The position numbers and the translations under genes are program-made. Shown here one piece after another: positions 18,894 to 28,330 of a stretch of 42,683 bases of DNA. Below the pieces are notes generated by a model, which was given only the letters and a program-made list of their open reading frames with translations, did no database searches and had not been told where the DNA came from. Numbering within the stretch: the first letter of the stretch is position 1; each line of letters begins with the position of its first letter. Where the stretch lies: NCBI GenBank assembly GCA_900754175.1, contig CAAEBS010000130.1:1-42683 (forward strand), given 5' to 3'. This DNA comes from Clostridia bacterium (lineage in GTDB: Bacteria; Bacillota; Clostridia; Oscillospirales; CAG-272).

Positions 18894-20393
18894 TCACATC
18901 TCCAGCAGTCCGTGCTCGGTATAAAACCGGACCGCCGCCTCGGACATAGCGGCGCTTCTGTCCTCATTCAGATATTCATACGGATATTTCTGATGAAACA
19001 GACGCTCAATATTCTTCTTTTCCGGAAAAGCGCCGGTGCGGTCCACAAACTTGGTCACCGCTCCCGCTCCCGCCGAGAAAATGGAGTGAATCTCCTCCAT
19101 CATGTAAATATTGTAAAGCCCCTCGTGCCCTTCCATGGAAAAGCCCACGTTTTCATAGTTTCCCACGGTATTTTTCTGTCTATACATATAATATGGGAGA
19201 TATCCCGCCTGCTGTGCCTTGATCTGCGAATAATCCACGCATTTTCCCGCATCGCCGCCCTTGGCGGAATATACACGGGAATTGCGGCGCAGGATCTCCG
19301 CCGATTTTTTGACACAGAAGGTATGTACCGTAATGTTTTCGGGCGCCAGTTGAAGCACCTTATCCATCGTGATCGAGAACTGGCGGAAATTGTCCCCCGG
19401 AAGCCCGGCGATCAGATCCACGTTGACCGTCCGGAATTTTGCCCAGCGGGCAATCTCGTAAGCGGCGTAAAAGTCCTCTGCCGTGTGCTTTCTGCCGATC
19501 CGGTCAAGCACCTCGTTGAAAAGGGTCTGTGGGTTGACGCTGATGCGTGTCACGCCGTATTCCCTGGCGATCGCAAGCTTTTCCGCCGTAATGGTGTCCG
19601 GTCTTCCCGCCTCCAGGGTGAATTCATCCACGGCGGAAAGGTCGGTAAGCGAGGCGATATGCGCCAGAAGATCTCCCAGCTGCGTCTCGCTCAGGATCGT
19701 GGGGGTCCCGCCTCCGATATAGACGGTGCGCACCCGGAGTCCCAGCCGGTCAATCAGGGCAAAATTCGCACGGATATCCTCTTTCAGCCGCTCCAGATAC
19801 TGCGGGATCAGGTCCAGCAGACGCTTTGAGGTATAGGAGACGAAGGAGCAATAGGAACAGCGGCTGGGGCAGAACGGTATGGAAATATACACACTGCAAT
19901 CCCTGGGCGCCGGTACGCCGACAATCCGCCTTTCATTGAGGGCAATGTCGGTGGCAAGCGCCGCCTTTTTCGGAATCACCAGATAGTCCGAGGTCAGAAG
20001 CTTCTTGACCCGGGTCTTGCTCATGCCGGCGTCCAGCATTTCCGAGGCGACCTTGGAGGGTCTTACGCCGATCAGCATTCCCCACGCCGGGCGGTAGCCC
20101 ATCAGCTCGCTTGCGGCGCTGATCACGGCACCGCCGATCGCCAGCTTCAGCGTGCGCTCCCCGGTCCGGTCCGGGTGAAATTCCGCAAAATATTCCGCCG
20201 ATTTCTCAGCGCCGTCGGCAACCACCCTTGCAAAGGCACGGATGCCGTCCGCTTCCTCGGTCGTTTTCACGTAAAGCTGCGGCTGGTCCTCCTCTCCCTC
20301 CTCCTGCTCGCCGAAATGCTCGCCGGGGAAAAAGATCATGCCAAGGGTCTGCACGTAGTATTTGTTGATAGGGGAATCCAATACGATTTTCAT
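18894..20393 (-). CDS. hemZ: Radical SAM coproporphyrinogen dehydrogenase-like protein HemZ
   Basis: Carries the CPSRCSYCSF (CxxxCxxC) radical SAM motif, a HemN-like core, and the HemZ-type N-terminal domain (MKIVLDSPINKYYVQTLGMIFFPGE). Confidence 0.85.
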   Translation of the reverse strand: MKIVLDSPINKYYVQTLGMIFFPGEHFGEQEEGEEDQPQLYVKTTEEADGIRAFARVVADGAEKSAEYFAEFHPDRTGERTLKLAIGGAVISAASELMGYRPAWGMLIGVRPSKVASEMLDAGMSKTRVKKLLTSDYLVIPKKAALATDIALNERRIVGVPAPRDCSVYISIPFCPSRCSYCSFVSYTSKRLLDLIPQYLERLKEDIRANFALIDRLGLRVRTVYIGGGTPTILSETQLGDLLAHIASLTDLSAVDEFTLEAGRPDTITAEKLAIAREYGVTRISVNPQTLFNEVLDRIGRKHTAEDFYAAYEIARWAKFRTVNVDLIAGLPGDNFRQFSITMDKVLQLAPENITVHTFCVKKSAEILRRNSRVYSAKGGDAGKCVDYSQIKAQQAGYLPYYMYRQKNTVGNYENVGFSMEGHEGLYNIYMMEEIHSIFSAGAGAVTKFVDRTGAFPEKKNIERLFHQKYPYEYLNEDRSAAMSEAAVRFYTEHGLLEM

Positions 20394-20422
20394 CGGGAAC
20401 CTCCGTTACAGAAAATTCAGTG

Positions 20423-20896
20423 TCAGGTATGCGCTTCGCCTGTGCGCTTCAGAAGAACCTTGCTGTCCATTACAATGGTCACCGGACCGTCGTCCGTCAG
20501 GGAAAGCTCCATATGCGCTCCGAAAACGCCGCACTCCACCTGCCCCGTCATATCACGGCACCGGTCGGCAAAATATCGGTACAGCCGCTCCGCCTCCCCG
20601 GCAGGTGCGGCGGCGGTAAAGTCCGGTCGCTTTCCCTTCCGGTAAGCGGCAAGCAGTGTGAAATTGGAAATCACCAGCATCCCGCCGCCGATATCCTGCA
20701 GGGAAAGATTCATTTTTCCCTGCCCATCGGTAAAAATCCGCAGAGCCACGATCTTCTGCACCAGGGCGTCGGCGTCCTCTTCGGTATCGCCCGCCGCAAC
20801 GCCCAGCAGAACGCACAGCCCGGCGCCGCAACGCCCGACCGTCCTGCCGTCCACGTCAACCGACGCTTTTTTCACTCTCTGAAGAACTGCGATCAT
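20423..20896 (-). CDS. dtd: D-aminoacyl-tRNA deacylase
   Basis: The N-terminus MIAVLQRVKKASV...LLGV..GD... and the SNFTL motif match Dtd, as does the ~150-aa length. It lies downstream of relA, as is common in Firmicutes. Confidence 0.92.
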   Translation of the reverse strand: MIAVLQRVKKASVDVDGRTVGRCGAGLCVLLGVAAGDTEEDADALVQKIVALRIFTDGQGKMNLSLQDIGGGMLVISNFTLLAAYRKGKRPDFTAAAPAGEAERLYRYFADRCRDMTGQVECGVFGAHMELSLTDDGPVTIVMDSKVLLKRTGEAHT

Positions 20897-20917
20897 GCTC
20901 TGCCTCCGTTAAAAAAA

Positions 20918-23140
20918 TCACGAAAATCCACGGGATACGTCCAGCACCCCGTCTATACTCTTGAGCCGGGAAACGATAGAACGGTAATGGTCCACGTTCT
21001 TGCAACTGATCTTCAGGTTGATGATCGAGGTGTCGCCCGAGGATTTCACCGTATTGATCTGGAGCAGATACACCCGCATATCGGAAAGCGCCACCGAGAT
21101 ATCCGCCACAATTCCCATGCGGTCGGTGACGTACACACGGATCTGCGCCTCGTACATTCCGCCGGAGCCATTGTCCGACGTGCCCTCCCAGTGGGCTTCC
21201 ACCCACCGGTCCTTGTATTCTTCCTTGTCCCGGTTTGCCGTGACGTTCGGGCAGTCTATCTTATGGATGGAAATTCCGTAGCCCTTGGTCACAAAGCCGA
21301 TGACCTCGTCGCCCGGCAACGGGTTACAGCACCGTGCAAATTTCACCTGACAGCCGTGCTCGCCGTCCACCACGATGCCGCCGTTGGTCTTGAGATTCTT
21401 CGGCGTAGTGACCGTTTTGATCTGCTCCGCCGTGACCGGTGCGGGCGTTGCCTCCTTCTCCTGGAGCGCCATGGTTTTGGCAAACTCATCGTGCAGCTTA
21501 CCGGAAAGTTTGGAGAGCGAAATTCCGCCGTAGCCGAGGGTGTTGTACACGTCGTCCGCACTCATAAAGCCGAGGCGCTGACCCACGGTCGCCACGATCT
21601 CGTTGCGCATCTGTTCGGTAAAAGAACGAGTAAAGCGCCGGAACTCCCCGTCCACGATCGCTTTTCCGGCAACAATGTTGTCGGCACGCTTTTCTTTTTT
21701 GAACCATGCCCGGATCTTCGCCTTAGCCTCACTGGTCTTTACGATATTCAGCCAGTCCCTGCTGGGTCCACGGGAGGTGGGAGAGGTCAGGATCTCCACG
21801 ATCTGACCGTTTTCGGGCACCCGGTCGATCGGCACGATCATGCCGTTTATTTTGGCGCCGATCATTGAGTTTCCGACGCCGGAGTGAATGGCATAGGCAA
21901 AGTCGATCACCGTCGAACCCTGCGGCAGAGCAATCACGTCACCCTTCGGGGTAAACACAAAGGTCTCGTCGTGGAAAATGTCGGTCTTCAGGGCGTTGAG
22001 AAATTCATCCGGGTCCTTTGCCGCACTTTCGGTCTCCACCAGCCGGGAAATCCACTCCAGCTTTTTGTCCATGTCCACGGTGGCTTTTTCGCCGCTCTTG
22101 TACTTCCAGTGCGCCGCAATACCGTATTCTGCCACCTGGTTCATTTCCCACGTCCGGATCTGCACCTCAAACGGGATCCCGTCCCGCCCGATGACCGTTG
22201 TGTGGAGCGAGCGGTACATATTCGGCTTCGGTGTGGAAATATAGTCCTTGAATCTGCCGGGAACCGACTTGAACATTTCGTGGATCAGACCGAGCGCCGT
22301 ATAGCACTCAAGCTCGGTGTCCACGATGATACGCAGGGCGTAGAAATCGTAGATCTCGTCAAAGCTCTTGTTCTGATTATACATCTTGCGGTAGATACTG
22401 TATACCGTTTTGATGCGCCCTTTCAGGGTGAAATGGATATGATTTTCGGTCAGCTTCTTTTCCACAGCCGTCCGGATATTTTCAATGAACTCCGCCGTTT
22501 CCCCGTACTTTTCCTCGATATATCCCTGAATTTCGGAATATCCGATCGGGTCCAGATAAGAAATACAGAGGTTTTCCAGCTCCTGCTTGATTTTCTGGAT
22601 ACCGAGACGGTGCGCAAGCGGAGCGTAGACATACATGGTCTCCAGTGCGGTGGAGCGCCGCTTGGGGTCGGGCTTTGCGTCCAGCGTCCGCATATTGTGC
22701 AGGCGGTCGCAAAGCTTGATGAAGATAACCCGCACGTCCTTGGACATGGCAAGCAACATTTTGCGCAGATTTTCGATGTGCGCCTCTTCCTTGTCCTCAA
22801 TATAAAGGGGAACCAGCTTGGTAAGACCGTCCACAAGCATTGCCACTTCCTCGCCGAAAAGCTTTTCGATCTCGGCAAGATTGGTCTTTTCCGGGCAGTC
22901 CTCCACCGTATCGTGGAGAAGCGCCGCACAGATGGAGTTGGTGTCAAGTCCCAGGCTTGCCACGATCTCCGCCACCGCAACCGGGTGGCAGATGTACGGC
23001 TCGCCGCTCTGGCGGAACTGCCCGTCGTGCATTCTTTCCGCATAGGCACCCGCCTGCTTTATTTTTGCAATATCATAATTTTTTCCGCTTGCTTCCAACG
23101 TGGCGATCAGATCGGCAAGATAATCGGGTCCTTTGCTCAT
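20918..23140 (-). CDS. relA: Bifunctional (p)ppGpp synthetase/hydrolase (long RSH)
   Basis: HD hydrolase domain (HPVAVAEI...LHDTVED), synthetase domain (RIKTVYSIYRKM) and TGS and ACT C-terminal domains. 740 aa. Confidence 0.95.
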   Translation of the reverse strand: MSKGPDYLADLIATLEASGKNYDIAKIKQAGAYAERMHDGQFRQSGEPYICHPVAVAEIVASLGLDTNSICAALLHDTVEDCPEKTNLAEIEKLFGEEVAMLVDGLTKLVPLYIEDKEEAHIENLRKMLLAMSKDVRVIFIKLCDRLHNMRTLDAKPDPKRRSTALETMYVYAPLAHRLGIQKIKQELENLCISYLDPIGYSEIQGYIEEKYGETAEFIENIRTAVEKKLTENHIHFTLKGRIKTVYSIYRKMYNQNKSFDEIYDFYALRIIVDTELECYTALGLIHEMFKSVPGRFKDYISTPKPNMYRSLHTTVIGRDGIPFEVQIRTWEMNQVAEYGIAAHWKYKSGEKATVDMDKKLEWISRLVETESAAKDPDEFLNALKTDIFHDETFVFTPKGDVIALPQGSTVIDFAYAIHSGVGNSMIGAKINGMIVPIDRVPENGQIVEILTSPTSRGPSRDWLNIVKTSEAKAKIRAWFKKEKRADNIVAGKAIVDGEFRRFTRSFTEQMRNEIVATVGQRLGFMSADDVYNTLGYGGISLSKLSGKLHDEFAKTMALQEKEATPAPVTAEQIKTVTTPKNLKTNGGIVVDGEHGCQVKFARCCNPLPGDEVIGFVTKGYGISIHKIDCPNVTANRDKEEYKDRWVEAHWEGTSDNGSGGMYEAQIRVYVTDRMGIVADISVALSDMRVYLLQINTVKSSGDTSIINLKISCKNVDHYRSIVSRLKSIDGVLDVSRGFS

Positions 23141-23158
23141 GCGTATCCTTTCCTTTCG

Positions 23159-25366
23159 TTATATCCCCTGATGGCAATGGGTATTGCACTGCCCTTTCAG
23201 TTTTTTCAGAATAGAGGATCTTTCAATGTTGGTCTTTGCCGCATTGAAAAAGATCCGGAATCTGTAAATATCCTCGTCTATTTCTTCAATCTCGCAGATC
23301 TTCAGCTCGTTGAGGATCCGCAGAATATACTTGCATTTCACATAATTCAGCACCGGAAGCTGGGGGAGATTGACAAGCTTCATGATTCCTTTCTGATCCA
23401 GCACGCTGGTACCTGCCCGGAATTCCCGCCGGAGCACGGTATAAACTCTCGCAAAATCGTCACGGCTCGGGACAAAGTCCTCGCCGTCGTCAAATTCCGC
23501 TCCCTGGCGGATCTCCTCATAGCGCTCTTTTTCGTGGGCAAGGCGGCTGACGAACCGATGCGACACCTGCGCATCCTTGACGATCATCTGCACGCTCTGC
23601 ACCCCACGGAAATCGTTGATCTCCACATTGAAGTACAGGTCTATGCTGTCGCCCGCCTCAAATCCGACCGCACCTTCTCCCACGCCGTAATACATTCCGG
23701 TCATGCAAAGCCCGTCGGATTCCAGCTGAAGCACGGTGTGATTGCCGTCACGGGTATGATACAGCCTGCGGACGGTCACGTTTCTCATGATAAAGGACGG
23801 CGTGGCGTTTCCGGTAGCGTTGCTGGTGCCGCACGGCTCCAGCAGGCGAAGCTCCTGCGCAAATTTCATGGTCAGCTCCCGCATGGAGATCTCGCAGTCG
23901 GCTTCCAGATGCACACGGAAGATCTCCTCCGACAGATGCTCTCTTGCGTATTCGTTGATCTTCCGGCGGAATTCCGGAAGATTTGCCCGCTTCACCGTCA
24001 GTCCCGCCGCCAGCTCGTGCCCGCCGTAGCGGAGCAGAAGCTCGTCGCACCAGGACAGCGCCTCCACCAGATTCATGCCCTTTATGCTCCTTCCGGAGCC
24101 TTTGCCGTCGTCCATCGGGTCCTCGTCCCCGTCCTCGACGCCGCAGAAAGACACCAGAATGGAGGGCAGACCGTACCGCTCGGTGATCCGGGAGGACACG
24201 ATCCCGATAATTCCCTGTTTCCAGTGATTGCTTGCCAGCACGATCACGTAATCGTTGTCCGACTCGGCGTTGTTTTCGATCATTTCATACGCTTCGGTCG
24301 CAATGCGGTTTTCCTCGCTCTGCCGGCGGCGGTTGATCTCGCACAACTCCTCTGCACAGGCTTTCGCCTTTTCCGGATCCTCCTCCAGCAAAAGCTTTAC
24401 GGCGATCAGCGCATCCGAGATTCTGCCCGCCGCATTGATGCGGGGCGCAATCCCGAAGCCGATGGTGCGGGAAGTAACCTTGCGCACGCCCGACGTGTCG
24501 CTCTTCTTGGCGGAAGCGTCCAGCAGTGCCGCCAGACCCGGTCGGCAACTCTTTTCCATGCGGGAGATTCCCATGCCGATAATCAGGCGGTTTTCGTCCA
24601 CAACCGGCATCACGTCAGCGATCGTTCCCACCGCCGCCAGATCGGAATATTCCCATATCACCCGGTGAAGCCCCTGCGAAAGCGGCATACCGTTTTCCCG
24701 GCAACGCTTCATTTCACAGGCGCAGATCACCTTGAAGATCACGCCGACGCCCGCCAGCTCCTTGAAAGGATAGGTGCAGTCCGGTCGGTGCGGGTTGACC
24801 ACCGCACAGGCGGCGGGCAGTTCGCTCCGGCATTCGTGGTGGTCGGTGACCACGAAATCCACGCCCAGCTCCCGGGCGTGCTCCACCTCGGCGTTGGCGG
24901 TGATGCCGGTATCCACCGTAATAATCAGCGTACAACCGGCTTTGGCAATCGCATCCACCCCGCTCATGGAGACGCCGTAGCCTTCTCCCTCCCGCTTCGG
25001 GATCTTGATGCCCGCCTCGGCGCCAAGCGAGCGGAGGTAGAGGTAAAGCATACTCACCGAGGTCACGCCGTCTACGTCATAGTCGCCGTATATGTAGATC
25101 TTTTCTCCGCGTTCCACCGCCGCCAGGATCCGCTCCACCGCCTTTTCCATATCGGCAAGCAGATACGGGTCGTGAAAGTCGGTCTCCTCATACCGCAGAA
25201 AGCGCTGTGCCTCCGCCGTCGTATGATAGCCACGGTTGTAAAGCAGAACGGCAAAGGTTTCGGAAATGTTCATCTCCTGCGCCATCCGTCGGACAGCGGC
25301 ATCCTGCTTTTCGTCCCCGAACCTGTATCGGGTATCCCATATTTTTTCATTTTTGCGTTTCTTCAT
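23159..25366 (-). CDS. recJ: Single-stranded-DNA-specific exonuclease RecJ
   Basis: Carries the DHH family motifs (GDYDVDGV, VTDHHE) and a DHHA1 domain with GGHELAAG. The start at 25366 (MKKRKNEK...) is preceded by GGGGGA. The track ORF extends to 25519, overlapping the upstream gene. Confidence 0.92.
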   Translation of the reverse strand: MKKRKNEKIWDTRYRFGDEKQDAAVRRMAQEMNISETFAVLLYNRGYHTTAEAQRFLRYEETDFHDPYLLADMEKAVERILAAVERGEKIYIYGDYDVDGVTSVSMLYLYLRSLGAEAGIKIPKREGEGYGVSMSGVDAIAKAGCTLIITVDTGITANAEVEHARELGVDFVVTDHHECRSELPAACAVVNPHRPDCTYPFKELAGVGVIFKVICACEMKRCRENGMPLSQGLHRVIWEYSDLAAVGTIADVMPVVDENRLIIGMGISRMEKSCRPGLAALLDASAKKSDTSGVRKVTSRTIGFGIAPRINAAGRISDALIAVKLLLEEDPEKAKACAEELCEINRRRQSEENRIATEAYEMIENNAESDNDYVIVLASNHWKQGIIGIVSSRITERYGLPSILVSFCGVEDGDEDPMDDGKGSGRSIKGMNLVEALSWCDELLLRYGGHELAAGLTVKRANLPEFRRKINEYAREHLSEEIFRVHLEADCEISMRELTMKFAQELRLLEPCGTSNATGNATPSFIMRNVTVRRLYHTRDGNHTVLQLESDGLCMTGMYYGVGEGAVGFEAGDSIDLYFNVEINDFRGVQSVQMIVKDAQVSHRFVSRLAHEKERYEEIRQGAEFDDGEDFVPSRDDFARVYTVLRREFRAGTSVLDQKGIMKLVNLPQLPVLNYVKCKYILRILNELKICEIEEIDEDIYRFRIFFNAAKTNIERSSILKKLKGQCNTHCHQGI

Positions 25367-25416
25367 GAAAATCCCCCGATCCGGTTCCGGTTTTTCCAAT
25401 ACTCTTTTTCCGCAAT

Positions 25417-27045
25417 TCACCGCACCGGTGAAAAACGGCTCATCAGCTGCAGCGCCGAGCGCAACCCGTCCACTGCCGAGCTGGTGATTCCTCCGGCATA
25501 CCCCGCACCTTCTCCGCATGGGTACACCAGATCGTTCTTTGCCGCCGTGCGGTCCTCACCCCGCAGGATGCGGACAGGCGCCGAGGTCCTGGTCTCCACC
25601 CCGGTCAGAATGGCGTCGGGTGCGGAAAAGCCGGGCAACGTCCGGTCAAACGAGCGGATCCCCCGCTCAAGCTCCCCGGCGACGAACGACGGCAACAGCT
25701 TTCTCATATCCGCCGCTCTGACCCTGCCCTCCCGATAGGTGGGCAGAACCGACGACGGAAGCGTTCCAAAACCTCCGGAAAGGAAATCGCCCACCGTCTG
25801 AAACGGCGCAGAGTAATCGCCCCCGCCCGCAAGGAACGCCGCTCTTTCCAGCGTCCGCTGAAAGGCAATGGCGCCCATGGGCGTACCGTCAAAATCTTCC
25901 GGGCGGACGGTCACCGCCACGGCGGAGTTGGCATTTCTGCCGTCTCTTGCATAGTTGCTCATGCCGTTGACCACCACGCCGCCCTCCCCGGACGCCGCCG
26001 CCACGACCTCGCCGCCGGGGCACATACAGAAGGTGTACACGCCACGCCCCGAGGTGGTGTCGGAAAGATGATATTCCGCATGTCCGAGCTTCGGATGCCC
26101 GGCAAAATCTCCGTACAGCGCACGGTCGATCTTTTCCTGAAGATGCTCGATACGCACCCCGACCGAAAAAGACTTGACCGGCAATTCATAGCCCTGCGCC
26201 AACAGCATGGCGTAGGTATCCCGGGCACTGTGCCCCGGCGCAAGAATCAGAGCGCCGCAGTCCAGCTCGCCGGCACTCGTCGCAACCGAAAGCCCACCCT
26301 CCGCATTTCTGCGGAAAGAGTCCATCCGGCAACGGTAGCGCACCGTTCCGCCAAGACTTTCGATATGTGCCAGCATTTTCTGAATGATTCCCGAGAGCAG
26401 ATCGGTTCCGATGTGCGGTTTCGCCTCAGTCAGGATCTGCTCCGGTGCGCCGAAATCGCAGAACCGCCGCAAAACCCAGGAAATATAAGGATCGTTGATT
26501 CTTGTCAACAGCTTTCCGTCCGAAAAAGTTCCCGCACCGCCGGCGCCGAACTGAATGTTGGACTCGGTATCAAGCACGCCCGATCGCACAAATTCCCGGT
26601 AGCGCTTCATCCGCCCCGCTACGTCGTCGCCCCGGTCGATAATCACCGGACAGTATCCGTTTTCCGCCAACAGCAGAGCGGCAAAAAGCCCCGCAGGTCC
26701 CATGCCCACCACAAGCGGCGGACGGACGAGCTTTTCCCCGCCGAACGTCGGCGACAGCGGCTCTTCCGACAGCGGCATAATCCGCCTTGCACCGTGCGAA
26801 ACCGGTTTTACGGTCTGCACCTCCGGAAAATACGCCGCAACCGAATAAACGATGCGGATATCGTTTTTCCGCCTTGCATCTATCGAACGCTTCCGGATAT
26901 GAAAATGAAGTCGTGCAGGGTTTATCCCTGCACGCTTCAGCTCAGCGGCGGCAATTGCCAGCGCCTCTTTTTCGTCTTCCTCCGGTGAAAGCCCGATTCC
27001 GCTTACCAGAACGCCGGACACCGGCTGCTTTTCCTCAAGCGGCAT
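25417..27045 (-). CDS. NAD(P)/FAD-dependent oxidoreductase, COG2509-type uncharacterised FAD protein
   Basis: Rossmann GxGxxG motif (VVGMGPAGLFAALLLAENG), 542 aa, and the N-terminal ~80-aa domain typical of the COG2509 family. Its start overlaps the preceding small ORF by 11 nt. Confidence 0.85.
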   Translation of the reverse strand: MPLEEKQPVSGVLVSGIGLSPEEDEKEALAIAAAELKRAGINPARLHFHIRKRSIDARRKNDIRIVYSVAAYFPEVQTVKPVSHGARRIMPLSEEPLSPTFGGEKLVRPPLVVGMGPAGLFAALLLAENGYCPVIIDRGDDVAGRMKRYREFVRSGVLDTESNIQFGAGGAGTFSDGKLLTRINDPYISWVLRRFCDFGAPEQILTEAKPHIGTDLLSGIIQKMLAHIESLGGTVRYRCRMDSFRRNAEGGLSVATSAGELDCGALILAPGHSARDTYAMLLAQGYELPVKSFSVGVRIEHLQEKIDRALYGDFAGHPKLGHAEYHLSDTTSGRGVYTFCMCPGGEVVAAASGEGGVVVNGMSNYARDGRNANSAVAVTVRPEDFDGTPMGAIAFQRTLERAAFLAGGGDYSAPFQTVGDFLSGGFGTLPSSVLPTYREGRVRAADMRKLLPSFVAGELERGIRSFDRTLPGFSAPDAILTGVETRTSAPVRILRGEDRTAAKNDLVYPCGEGAGYAGGITSSAVDGLRSALQLMSRFSPVR

Positions 27046-27259
27046 CGCTGCACTCCGTGTCCGCCTGCGTCACATCCGCAGAGGTGGTCCCGGATATCCC
27101 GAAGTTTTTGCGCTCTACGTTCATCACGTAGATCCAGATCACAAATGCGATCAGAAGGCAACCGATAAAAATGAAAATATTGGTTTTGTGGTTGGTTTTC
27201 ACCACATAACTGCCGTCGTCATCGACTCTTTCTTTTTCTTTGCTTTTTTCCTTGCGCAT
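27035..27259 (-). CDS. Small single-pass membrane protein, hypothetical
   Basis: Lys/Glu-rich N-terminus, one clear TM helix (IFIFIGCLLIAFVIWIYVM) and a short C-terminal tail. The ATG at 27259 is preceded by GGGAGGTG. It fills the gap between cdaA and the FAD protein and overlaps the latter's start. Confidence 0.55.
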   Translation of the reverse strand: MRKEKSKEKERVDDDGSYVVKTNHKTNIFIFIGCLLIAFVIWIYVMNVERKNFGISGTTSADVTQADTECSDAA

Positions 27260-27287
27260 ATGCTCACCTCCCGGAAAAATACGGTCG

Positions 27288-28166
27288 TCACTCACCGGAC
27301 GAATGTTCTTTCTTCTTTTCCTCGTCCGATTCCATGCCCGGCTCCAGTACGCTGTTCAGCTTTTGCTTCAGCGTATTGTAATTGAAATTCCGCTCCAGAT
27401 TTCCGTCCATTGCCACCGAAATATTTCCGGTCTCCTCGGACACCACGATCACCAGAGCGTCGCTGATCTCGGAAAGCCCGATCGCCGCACGGTGGCGGGT
27501 TCCCAGATCCTTGTTGATATCTTCCTTGGTGGACAGCGGCAGAAAACATCCCGCCGCATAGATTCTCTGATTCCGGATAATCACGGCTCCGTCATGAAGC
27601 GGCGCCTTGTTGAAAAAGATGTTGCGCAGGATATACGGCGATATCGCCGCATCCACCAGAACACCGGAATTGATATACTCTCCAAGCTTTGTGGAGCGTT
27701 CGATCACGATCAGCGCTCCCACCTTGTCTCTTGCCATGTCGCTTGCCGCCGTGCAGATCGCATCAATGCCGGAGCTGTGCGTGGCAAGCTCTCTCGACGA
27801 ATCCGAGGCAATTCCCTTCAGCCCCATCATGGAGGTACCGCCCACCTTTTCCAGAGCGGAACGCAGCTCCGGCTGGAAGAGGATCAGAACGGCAAGCCAG
27901 CCGATCTGGCGGAAATCGCTGAGGATATAATGCAGAGCGTGCATATGGAAAATATCGCTGAGAAAAGAGAGCAACAGAATACTCACAAGCCCCATCAGAA
28001 GCTTGCCGGCACGACGGTCTCGGATAAAACGGTACACCAGAAACAGAAGGACTGCCAGAATGAAAATATCAATTCCGTCCTTCCAGCCCATGGTCTTTAC
28101 GACCGCCACCACTTTATCCGCAAAAAAGGTTTTCAACGACTCCAGAAAAGTCCATACCGCATCCAT
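27288..28166 (-). CDS. cdaA: Diadenylate cyclase CdaA (c-di-AMP synthase)
   Basis: Three N-terminal TM helices followed by a DAC domain with the HDGAVII and TRHRAAIGLSE motifs. Confidence 0.93.
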   Translation of the reverse strand: MDAVWTFLESLKTFFADKVVAVVKTMGWKDGIDIFILAVLLFLVYRFIRDRRAGKLLMGLVSILLLSFLSDIFHMHALHYILSDFRQIGWLAVLILFQPELRSALEKVGGTSMMGLKGIASDSSRELATHSSGIDAICTAASDMARDKVGALIVIERSTKLGEYINSGVLVDAAISPYILRNIFFNKAPLHDGAVIIRNQRIYAAGCFLPLSTKEDINKDLGTRHRAAIGLSEISDALVIVVSEETGNISVAMDGNLERNFNYNTLKQKLNSVLEPGMESDEEKKKEHSSGE

Positions 28167-28226
28167 CGTTTTTCTCCTCCCTTTCCGCTCAGTATCATTT
28201 CCCGCACAAGGGGAAATACTTCATTA

Positions 28227-28255
28227 ATTATAGCATATTCTCCCGTATAATTCAA
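28227..28255 (-). promoter_or_regulatory. SigA-type promoter of cdaA
   Basis: The minus strand reads TTGAAT-N17-TATAAT about 60 nt upstream of the cdaA ATG. Confidence 0.65.
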
Positions 28256-28287
28256 GAGCTTTCCGAAATTTATTCGGAAATATACGA

Positions 28288-28319
28288 GAAAAATCAAAGG
28301 GAGCCTGGTCAGGTTCCCT
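28288..28319 (-). terminator. Rho-independent terminator of pncB
   Basis: On the minus strand, the hairpin gggaacc-tgacca-ggctccc is followed by TTTGATTTTT. It lies 12 nt after the pncB stop. Confidence 0.6.
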
Positions 28320-28330
28320 CCGAAAGACGA

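Noticed and set aside
15322-23140. MazG and RelA/SpoT as components of a toxin-antitoxin or nucleotide-depletion defence system
   Set aside because: Both are full-length housekeeping versions in their conserved Firmicute contexts (spoVB-like/mazG/yabO... and recJ-relA-dtd). There is no small partner ORF, small alarmone synthetase or phage-like neighbour.
21884-25738. 1284-aa plus-strand ORF spanning the whole of relA and recJ on the opposite strand
   Set aside because: It lies in the codon-aligned antisense frame of both genes: relA and recJ share the same frame modulo 3, and the ORF start has the matching phase. Stops in that frame correspond to TTA/CTA/TCA sense codons, which are rare in this GC-rich genome. 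The translated product is low-complexity and Arg/Pro/His/Gly-rich with no motifs, whereas relA and recJ have unambiguous family motifs.
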